DNA from: Macrostomum lignano
Lineage: Eukaryota
Length of the DNA: 64,000 nucleotides
Reading direction: 5' to 3'
NCBI GenBank assembly: GCA_002269645.1
Contig: NIVC01001024.1
Span: 186,001 to 250,000, forward strand
How positions within the stretch are numbered: position 1 is the first letter of the stretch; each line of letters opens with the position of its first letter. A program made the position numbers and the translations under genes. A model generated the notes under the pieces. The model had not been told where the DNA came from and made no database searches. It saw nothing but the letters and a program-made list of their open reading frames with translations. Positions 1 through 10,000 of the stretch are shown here, in pieces.

Positions 1-59
1 TGTACCTTAAGAGACTTGAGATTTGTCTTTAACTAGAAACCCACGTGGTGTCAATGGAC

Positions 60-1300
60 AGTCCTGTCTTATAGTGTTAACACCTCTATCTCATAGTGTG
101 GACACCTCTCTCATGGTGTGGACACGTCTGCCTTGGTGTGGACACTTCTGTTTTGTAATTTGAACACCTATTTTATAGTGTGGACAGTGTAGACATCTCC
201 CTTATAGTGTGGACACTTCTGTCTTATAGTGTAGACACCTCTGTCTTATAGTGTAGACACCTCTGTCTTATAGTGAGTGGACACCTGTGTCTTATAGTGT
301 TGACACTTCTTTCTTATAGTGTGGACACCTCTGTCTCCTGTGTGGAAATCCTATCTTATAGTGTGGGCACCTCTGTCTCCTAGTGTGGACAGTCCTGTCT
401 TATAGTGTGGACACCTCTGTCTCCTAGTGTGGACAGTCCTGTCTTATAGTGTGGACACCTCTGTCTCCTAGTGTGGACAGTCCTGTCTTATAGTGTGGAC
501 ACGTCTGTCTCCTAGTGTGGACAGTCCTGTCTTATAGTGTGGACACCTCTGTCTCCTAGTGTGGACAGTCCTGTCTTATAGTGTGGACACCTCTGTCTCC
601 TAGTGTGGACAGTCCTGTCTTATAGTGTGGACACGTCTGTCTCCTAGTGTGGACAGTCCTGTCTTATAGTGTGGACACCTCTGTCTCCTAGTGTGGAAAT
701 CCTGTCTTATAGTGTGGACACCTCTGTCTCCTAGTGTGGAAATCCTGTCTTATAGTGTGGACACCTCTGTCTCCTAGTGTGGACAGTCCTGTCTTATAGT
801 GTGGAAGTCCTGTCTTATAGTGTGGACACCTCTGTCTCCTAGTGTGGAAGTCCTGTCTTATAGTGTGGAAGTCCTGTCTTATAGTGTGGAAGTCCTGTCT
901 TATAGTGTGGAAGTCCTGTCTTATAGTGTGGAAGTCCTGTCTTATAGTGTGGAAGTCCTGTCTTATAGTGTGGAAGTCCTGTCTTATAGTGTGGAAGTCC
1001 TGTCTTATAGTGTGGACACCTCTGTCTCCTAGTGTGGAAATCCTGTCTTATAGTGTGGAAATCCTATCTTATAGTGTGGACACCTCTGTCTCCTAGTGTG
1101 GACAGTCCTGTCTTATAGTGTGGACACCTCTGTCTCCTAGTGTGGACAGTCCTGTCTTATAGTGTGGACACCTCTGTCTCCTAGTGTGGACAGTCCTGTC
1201 TTATAGTGTGGACACCTCTGTCTCCTAGTGTGGACAGTCCTGTCTTATAGTGTGGACACCTCTGTCTCCTAGTGTGGACAGTCCTGTCTTATAGTGAATG
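60..1300. repeat. Minisatellite array, alternating 21/22-bp units (TAGTGTGGACACCTCTGTCTCC / TAGTGTGGACAGTCCTGTCTTA)
   Basis: Direct tandem repetition; ORFs 799-1096 are its periodic translations. Confidence 0.95.
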
Positions 1301-1584
1301 GATGCGTGGACACGTCTGTCTCTATAATGTGGACACTCTGTGTGTGACATCCCAGAGTTCTAGTGTGGACGCACTGCCGTAGCAATCCAGAACTTGAATT
1401 ATTGTTAATACATAAACTATGAGTAATAATTGTAATTAAAAATGCCAACCCAACATTCCTAATGACCGATAAATGATAAAAATGATGAGCAATAGTCATA
1501 CCACAGTACTTCATCTCTGACCAGAGCAGAAAAAATTACTAACACAATGCGCATGCACAAACATTAAACTTGTATCAACAAGCT

Positions 1585-1953
1585 CTAAGCAGCATCGCGA
1601 CAAACATGATCAGCGGAACAACACGAGCTTGACAGCGACAAGCGACAATGTTCATCGTCGATGTCTTCATCATTGTCAGAGCAGTCGTCGCAATAGTCGA
1701 TTTGAACTGTTGTCGATGACTGCTGCACCTGTGTCGGCGGCGGAGGTGATGGCAGCTTCTTGCTCGGAGGTGGATCGCAGCCCAGCCAGCTGAGGCACAT
1801 CAGCAGCAGAATAAGCAACACTGTCGCCATGGAAACAGCGATCCAAGCTCCGGAATCTGGTGCACCGTAGATCCGACCCAGCTCAAGCATGCTTGGCTGA
1901 GTGGACGGTCGCGGGCTCGACTCTGCTGATCCTGTAAGCCTCTTTGCACTCAT
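1585..1953 (-). CDS. Small single-pass membrane protein, 122 aa, unknown function
   Basis: ATG-initiated ORF with one hydrophobic helix (WIAVSMATVLLILLLMCLSWLGC), then Pro-rich, acidic and Cys-rich tail. Acceptor-like TTACCAG just upstream of the ATG and a donor-like TTGC|GTAAGC near 2070 suggest a 5' UTR intron. Confidence 0.55.
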   Translation of the reverse strand: MSAKRLTGSAESSPRPSTQPSMLELGRIYGAPDSGAWIAVSMATVLLILLLMCLSWLGCDPPPSKKLPSPPPPTQVQQSSTTVQIDYCDDCSDNDEDIDDEHCRLSLSSSCCSADHVCRDAA

Positions 1954-3069
1954 TAATCATTTACTGGTAAGAGTCGTCTTAGAACTCTTGAGACTCTTCA
2001 GCTTAGGAAAGGCGAGACAAGCCATGACTAAGTATTTATTCTGACCAATGGCCCTTTTTGTGCTACCCAGCTGGGCTTACGCAAGAACCAGACCAAGAGC
2101 TCATTCTTATTGTTGCCCTGGAAAGAGATTGGAACGCTTTTTAACTTCATCTGTAAACTCTCTCCCGTGCACATAAGAGTTCTCCAGCTCAGTAGTCGTA
2201 GTAGTGTGAAGAAGAAGACTGGATGAAACCGCTTTCCGAGTCTTGCTTTTCAGGGTTCTCAATCCGCCTCCACTGTACGCAACTTGTGGATTGTGATAAT
2301 AGGACTGGAGCTGGAGGAGGAGAGGGGGAAGGCGGGAGGGGGGTTTACGTTTAAGACCCCGCTCTCAAGCGTACAAACAACTACCTAGAAAGGCAAAGTA
2401 GTTTCTGTCTCTCTCTCTCGCATTCCTTCCGTTCATGGCTGTATTGCTTGGGGAGCAGCGACCCGCTCCCCCTCACCGCATTTTGGTTCCGCATGCAGCT
2501 GGATTCAACTGGCTGCTTCCGCATTTCAAAGAACTGCATAATTTTCTGCCCGAAAGCCGGTCCAATTCTTAAACCAGACGGGTTGCACCAAGTTTTGATC
2601 GAACAAAAAAACTGAGTGACGATGCGTATTTTTTATTGCGCAGAAAACTCCGTTTTAACTCTCAGACTTTTTATACAATTAACGCTTGAAAGGATTCAAG
2701 GGGAAGGGGCATCAGAAACGAATAAAAACGATTTATGATCGAACGTCGATACTGCAGTATTGGCGCTCATTAATAGTGCATTGCATCGCAGAATTATTGA
2801 AAATAAAATTTTGAATTTACAATTTAACCATAGCATAAAAAGCGAGAGCGAAGGGTGAAGTTTTGTGTAAAAAAATAGGGCCGAATCTCGTGAATTACTT
2901 TTCTAAGTACAAGAACTAAAGAATCGAAGTATGGGCATTAATTTAGGACACACATTTACAGAACAGACCTAAGTAGTAAATCATTGTGCCGACTAGACCG
3001 CAATGGTTCGAGTCCCGCACGCAATCAAAACCTGACAGGAATGAACGGCAAAGAGAGTTTTGAGTCCAG

Positions 3070-4690
3070 TCAGGCGGTCTGAGACCTCGGCGAGCCGCCG
3101 CCATCCAGCAGGCAAAACTCGTGGCAGAAGCAGTTCTTGTCGTTCTCCGACAGGAACTGGAAGTCCTGGCTCTGAACAACGCTGCTGTAGGAAAAGTGTC
3201 GCCGAATTGCGCGCATCACGGCCAGCTGCAGCTGCGGCTCATGCAAGTGCCGGTTGCAGGTGAGCCACAGGCTGACGAGATCGCCTGGGCTCCAGCTGAT
3301 CCGAGTCTGAGTCTGAGACGCCTCGCCTGATGACGACGTCACAGAGCCGCCAGAGCCGGTCGGTTTGGCTGCGGCGTCCATCTGGAATGTAGAGATTTTA
3401 CAGAAAAATTACACGTCATTGTTTCATGACACCAAACGGATTAAAAATGGCCTAACTTTGAACTTTAACTTTGGGCGAAACATGCTTTGCTCTTAACTGT
3501 AAGGCGTAGGCCGGAAAATTTCCTAGTGACGAAAACCCAACAAATTAAAAGCAACAATACCCAATCCTTCCTTCTTTCACTACAAAGTGATTGCTCTCCG
3601 ATTTGTCCCTTTTGTGATCTAGAGGAGGAAACTTTGTAGCACACCGTCACCTTCTGCCCGCATTTCAACGAAGCGCAAAGACGGCACCTCGGACACCCGC
3701 TGGGACTGGACGAGCTCGCACCACCCCCGACCGGATCCGTGACCTGCCAAACCCTTCGGAAGCCGCCAGTCTTACCTGTAGGCAGTGGTTGATGAACCGA
3801 CTGCACTGCAGCAGAACCGCCGGCACGCCATATTGATCCGCAATGCGAGCCAGCATGCGAAACGTTTCAAACCTGGCAATGTTGAAGGACTGATGCGACT
3901 GCAGGTAGAACAGGAAGCACTTCATCTCGAAGGTGTACTCCGCGTCGCAGTGGATGGCCGCGTCTCGATCGGCGTCGAAGTTCCACAACGGCGAGGTGAG
4001 CAGCACGCGGCAGTAGTCGGAGTGCGTCAGCAGCAGCAGCCGGGGCGCCCGCACCGAGCCGTCCCGGCATCGCAGCGTCACCCAGGCCGATTCGTCGATG
4101 TCTTCTTCGCTGGGTCCGCCTTCCTCGTCCTCCTCATCATCGCCGCCGTAGCCGTTGCCGGGCACCCCGTCGAATGCGGCCACAGGCGGTGGCTTCAGGA
4201 ACGCTGGCGACGCGTCCGTGATGCGGAGGAGGAAGCAGAACTCGACAATGGATGCGCTCGGATCCGACGAAGTTTCCTCGGCGGCACCCGCAGGGTTCTC
4301 CAGATCGGAGCGGCTGAGGCAGGAGGGCAGCGTGACGATTTCTCTGCCGGTGGTCCAGGAGGCGGGCTCTGCCAGGGCTCGGCAGCTGACCAGATTGCCG
4401 TCAATCTGGATGCAGCAGGTCAGGCGAGCCCGGATCTCGTATTCGCAGCAGATGTCGAGAGCTCGAAGGCAGAAGACAACATGAAGTGAGTCGCTCTCGG
4501 CTAGGACAAGAATTCCGCAGCCGATGGAAGTGAATTCGAGACCGTCAACGCGGGAGAGCGGCTTGGACTTGACGGCTCCCTCGCTGGCGGCCTGTAGCAG
4601 ATCGAGCAGTTCCTGCTTGTTCATCCTGGTGCTCAGGCCGAACCGGATTCGGTCGTCCTCGCTAGGCGGCGATGCGGGATCCGTGCGCAT
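3070..4690 (-). CDS. MATH/TRAF-like + BTB/POZ domain protein (SPOP-like adaptor), 3 coding exons
   Basis: Exons 4690-3776, 3743-3651 and 3381-3070, all joined in phase 0 by GT-AG introns (CAG|GTAAG, AAG|GTGACG, TTCCAG|ATG). BTB-like segment: VTLRCRDGSVRAPRLLLLTHSDYCRVLL...LARIADQYGVPAVLLQCSRFI. The N-terminal MATH assignment is weaker. Confidence 0.8.
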
Positions 4691-5459
4691 GCTGACTAGC
4701 AAGATTTCGGTTCGCTATGGTTCCTGGAGTTACCAGTATACGAGCTTGACACGCGCAGGGAGTTGCCAATGTTTTGGCAAATTTTATTCTGCAAGCACTG
4801 GTGGCAGGGGTAGGGTGGGGGTGGGCCAACTGGCTGTGGTTGGCTGGCTGCTTGTCTGGATGCTTTCCAGTGTACAGTCCTGAGAGTTGGGTATTGTGAG
4901 TGTGAGAGACTCTATAGGGGTTCAATTAAAACATGCTTGTGCCCGAAAGCACTCGAATAACCTTAGGTGACCCTGTTCTCAGACTGTGAACACAGCTCAA
5001 ACTGTTTTGTTAGATTTTTAGCGTGCACAAGGCATCTGGAATTTTAATAGCGATGAAGCTGGGTGAAGTGGTCGTATAGAGACGAGATTTCGGAGTGAGT
5101 CTGGTGGGTGAGACAGGCTACAGAAGCAAATTTGCATCCAGTTTTTTCAAGAAATGGACAGATCAACACAGTCCTGTCCTCAAGTTTCGTTTAGAAGATT
5201 TGATGCCATTTTTAGAAACTTCGAACTACTTATCTCTAAAATATGAAGGCAAGTGGCGCATGCAGAGAGAGAGAGAGGTAATTTGCTTTTGGTTCGACAG
5301 CAGGGCATCTGTCTTCCATATTTGTGGATGAAACGATGCCCTGTCCATGGGGTCTGAAGGATGACGTCGTCGTCATGCGCTTTGTTTGGGACTGGAACTC
5401 ATGCGCTGCTTTTAGTGCCAAAATTTTCAAATCTTCTTAAATTTTAAAAGACTCATGAA

Positions 5460-5748
5460 GTGGCGCCCCTCCCTCAAATGAAATGGCGCCCCAGCTCTCT
5501 TAAATAAAATGGCGCCCCTCATTCAAATGAAATGGCGCCCCTCACTCAAATAAAATGGCGCCCCTCACTCAAATGAATTATGGCACCCCTCACTCAAATG
5601 AAATGGCGCCCCTCTTTTAAATGAAATGGCGCTCGTCCCCAAATGAAATGGCGCCCCTCACTCAAATGAATTGGCGCCCCTCTCCCAAATGAAATGGCGC
5701 CCCTCACTTAAATGAACTGGCGCCCCTCACTTAAATTAAAGGCGCCCC
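5460..5748. repeat. ~23-24-bp minisatellite (AAATGAAATGGCGCCCCTCACTC), left part of the array split by the pPolB element
   Basis: Tandem units; the same array resumes in the same orientation at 14489. Confidence 0.9.
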
Positions 5749-6416
5749 ACTACTAAGCAACGGTAGATCCGTCGATTTTGGAGGTGAGGTGGGTGTCAAC
5801 CCTCCGCGCCTCTCATTGGCTGGCGCCCCGATCACTAGGTGATCGATACCCGTATCGATATCGGCGCTCGGCGCGCGCGCGCGCCGCAGGCACCAAGCGC
5901 CGCAGGCGACCCTCCCCAGCCGTAGGCGCACCTACCGATATTAGATCCCAATAAATCAATCAGATCCCAAATCAATCAGATCCCAAATCAATCAGATCCC
6001 AAGCGCACCCTCCCGAGCCGCAGGCGCCCATGCAGCAGGCGCCCATGCCGCAGGCACCCCGAGTGTACACTCTACCGAGCCGCAGGCACCCCGAGTGTAC
6101 ACTCTACCGAGCCGCAGGCACCCCGAGTGTACACTCTACCGAGCCAAAGGTACACTCTACCACTCTCCCGATATGTACACTCTACCACTCTCCCGATATG
6201 TAGTCAACGATATTAGGCTAGTGAAAACTACTTATAGTAGGTGAAATTGCGTATATTTACATAAAAATGTAGATAAAACATATTGGTAGGTGAATAATGA
6301 CGCATAATACATATTGGAGCATATGAGCAGCAAAAACACACAATGTAGGTGCATTGGCAGAAATAGACAAAGCAGGTACTGTAGGCGCTACATAGGTGGA
6401 AATACACACAGCAGGT
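5749..6416 (+). repeat. Left terminal inverted repeat
   Basis: Reverse complement of ~13804-14488, e.g. TTTTGGAGGTG...GATCACTAGGTGATCGATACCCGTATCG and the AT-rich block ending GCAGGT. Contains internal ~31-bp tandem repeats. Confidence 0.9.
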
Positions 6417-7003
6417 TTACAAAGTGTACTTTCGATACATATCGGATCAATGTATAAAGCGGGTTTACAAGGCATGCATAAGGCGTAGTTGTATAATGCA
6501 GGTGCGCATGTATAATCAGATTATAGGCAAACGCCCAGGTGCAACAGACGCGTAAATAATGTCACACCGACTAAAGAGTAAATATTGTCTAACCCGCAGG
6601 TGCATAAAAATTTTAACCAAAAGCGGTTCGGGGAAATCCCAAAAGGGTGGTTCACGACCTAATGACCCGATATACTTTCAACACAATTAAACCCACAAGT
6701 GGGCTAGAAAAATGGACGTATTTCGATTGCGCTATCAGTACGCTAATCAGCGCAGCAAGTTTATGTCAGGAGTTCTACTCCAAGAGGCGGACCGCTGGGC
6801 CACAAACCGCCCCGAGGGAATAGGTGTCAAATGGGAGTTTTAACACTTGAGGGGATCCCTCATGTACAGTGGAGGTGCCAAATGAGTAAGGACCCCTAAG
6901 TACAGTGCGGGCGTAAAACCATTTTCATCCCCACGAGTCAAGGGATCCCAAGTGGGCACATAGGGGAATCCCAGGCGTGCAAAGACAGATCCTTATCTTT
7001 CAC

Positions 7004-10000
7004 TCACTCCCGAAAGCCATACGGGCGGCTAGCGGCCCCATACACCCTCTTAGTCATTACGCGCTGGAAAGTCTTGTCCATCTCGAGGGTCCGGATTGTA
7101 CAGCTAGACTTATCGCGCCTGAACTGGGCCTGGGGCAGGCGTACAGTCCCGCCGTGGCGCAGAATTTCCTGCAGCTCGTCCTCGCGCTCGGAAATCTCGG
7201 GGGTGACTCTGATGCCCTTGCACTTGAGCACCGAGTACAGCGACCCGTCGGGCTTCTCCACTAAGTACCGGTAGAGCTTGGGGCCTCCCGTGGTGAACTG
7301 TACCATGCGGCAGCCAGCAGGTACTTCGTCAGTCCACTGCCCCAAACTCGAACCGCCCGGAGGCTCGTACTCGCCCGGTGAGCAGCGGTATACAACCCTG
7401 GGAGGAGGAGAAGGATAAAGTGTTAAGGGGAGAAAGAGAGACAGAGACAGTTGAAAAAATTACTCACGAATCAGTATCGGCGTAAATGACGCGGGTTCCT
7501 AGACCCTCCAGAGCCTCGTAGAGTCGCAGCCGGGCGTGGGAGGTGGTGAAAACGCCAATAGGTACATTAGCGTACTTGAACGCCCGCTCGCCAGCACCGC
7601 CAAATCGGGGCTTGTACTCGAGCATCATGAAGCTCTCCCCAATTGGCTCGCACGACTTGACCTTGATCGAGGGGTCGGTCAGGCGCTGCAGCCACGCCTC
7701 GTAGCTGTCCACAATCTCTGTGGAGGTCAGGTCGTCGCGCTGGCAGAATTTGCCCCAGAGCCTGCAGGGAAAAATAAATTTTATGTAAGTAGAAAAACAC
7801 GGCCCCCACTGCAAGTAGAAAAAACTTACGAGTTTAGAAAAATCTTGGCCACAAAGCGCAAGCCAGGATTCTCCTCCACCTTTTCCAGCCGGACGCCTTC
7901 GCGCTCGAAAAAGCTGGCCATGTAGGCAGCCTTGGCGTCCTCAGCCATCCCCGGCGAACCGCTAGACTCGGCTTTGAGCTTCAAAAAAGTGTTTACATAA
8001 TCTGCAAACAGGCCCGTGCGAGTCTCGGTCCAATAGGCCAGGGCATGAACTGACTGCAGCTTGTAACCCAACTGCAGGGCTTTGTGGAGCTCTGGGGTCG
8101 ACCACGTGCCGCGGAGCATTCTCTCAGCGTCAGTGTGTGTACACTCGCTGCTGCACTGGGTCTCCATGCAGACGCGGCAGAGGCCGAAAACCAACTTCTT
8201 GTTAATCTTGGCGGGCAGTAGCGGGATGTGGAGATTGGTTGGCGGCAGAATCGACACCTCGGCGATGCCAAAATACCGGGCCAGCTGCAGCTCATCCAGT
8301 AGATGAGGCTCGGGGTGGTGTACCGGGTGCCCGACCGGGTACTTGTCAAACTTGTTGACAGTCGGGTAGAGCGACACCTAGGGGATAAGGATAAGATAAA
8401 CTCAAACGCATGTCAACTGTGTGTGTACAAGTGTACAAACTTACCACATCCCGATAGCGCAGCTCTACAGTCTCGGTGGCCTCGGCGTGCGGGACAAAAG
8501 CCTCGGTACGGCCGCCAAACAGGGCATCCTCCAGGCGAATAGGCTGCTGGACTGGCGCTCCCTCGTCCTGATAGTCGTGCTCCCACAGAACACGCACATT
8601 GTATGCAGTGGAGAGCAGCCGGGTGAAGCGCTCGGTCTCTTCATAAATTGCCCGCATTGGCTGGTTCTTGAGCGGGTGCAGCACGTCGCCGTTGGGGAAG
8701 CACTTGGGACAGCCATGGAAGAAACAGCCATGAAACTGCAGCACTGTCCTGGTCTCTGGGTCGAAGCCGTCGACCTTACGGCCCATGGCGAAAGCCTCGC
8801 CGCCAGAATCGGCTGTCCTCAACCGGCCGCCAAACTCGGTTGCATTTAAATGTGCCAGCCAGCACCGCGCCTTGTGCGACTGTACATCGGACCGGCGGGA
8901 AATCACCCCAAGAGTGTTGGGCTCCATAAACTTGGTGGTGAATACCGACATGGCCAAGCCCGCAATGGTGTTGGATTGAACAAATGCGTCCAGTCCGCAA
9001 ATGTCCTTAATCAGGCGGGCATATTTCAGGCAGCCTTCCCGCAAAATTAACGTGTCCTGCAGGCAATAGTCCAGGTACGCCTTATTAAAATTAAACACCT
9101 GTCCCTCCTGCTTGGCCAGCCAGTCGGCGATGGAGTCATGCTGCTTATTCTTCTTCCCGCCGTACATATCAATTGAGCAGTAGGGACCGACGTACCCCCA
9201 ATTTTGAGGCTGATTGAAGACGTGCGGGAAATCTCCTTTGGTCAGTTGGGTGCCCAAACCAAGCGCCTTTGGGAATTGCGCCAGACCAATAGGGATGAAA
9301 TTGAGGCTGTCCTTGAAGGTGATCTTGTCGCACTTCATGTACATTAGGCGGCTGTTCTGGAAGATCACCTGCGGCTTCTTCTTGGCCAGTCCGTTGAGTA
9401 GGGCGCCGAGCAGGAGGAATGCGTCATACGCAGAGCCATTGTGCGCAATAGCAATTGCCCCCTGCTTGAACACACTAGTCAGCCAGCAGTAAAATGCATC
9501 GATAGAGTGCGGCCCGACAGATACAAACTCTCGCATCCCACAGGCACAGTCATTGTGCGAGACACAGCTCGTGAAATCCAGCGCCAGATTGCGTCCCGCA
9601 ATGCAATTGGCTGAGCTGTGTAGTCCCCCGCACGCGCTGCAGCGGGGCCTGGGGAAGAGTTTGGGACACGCCTCGCAGGAGGTGGCAGCCGTAACCAAGT
9701 GTACCCGGTGCTGCTTGCCAGAGTCCACGTACGTCTCGAAATCATAGTAAACATACGGGGCGCTAGACTCTTTGGCTTTTGGCGGGGTGACAAAGCACTC
9801 GTGGGTGGCAGTTTCGTCGTACTGCTTGCAGACTGGGCACTTGGCGTAACCACACTGATGCTCAGGGGGCTGGCCTACTTTTAGTTCTTCTAGATAGCCA
9901 CACGTGCCGCAAACGTGGACCGAATCACAGCGCGATCTGCCGGCCTTATTCTTGCGTTTGTGATTTTCTAGGCACTGAGCATTATAGCAATTTAGCCCGC

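Noticed and set aside
799-1096. Periodic ORFs here and in all arrays (e.g. 19669-20304, 20719-22162, 23247-24361, 31232-32262, 40219-40857, 52100-52666, 53777-54939)
   Set aside because: They are translations of tandem repeats, open in several frames and on both strands, with no splice or codon support.
5748-5755. CACTA at the left end suggesting an EnSpm/CACTA transposon
   Set aside because: The right end is TAGTAGT|C, not TAGTG; the C belongs to the 6-bp TSD, and there is no transposase.
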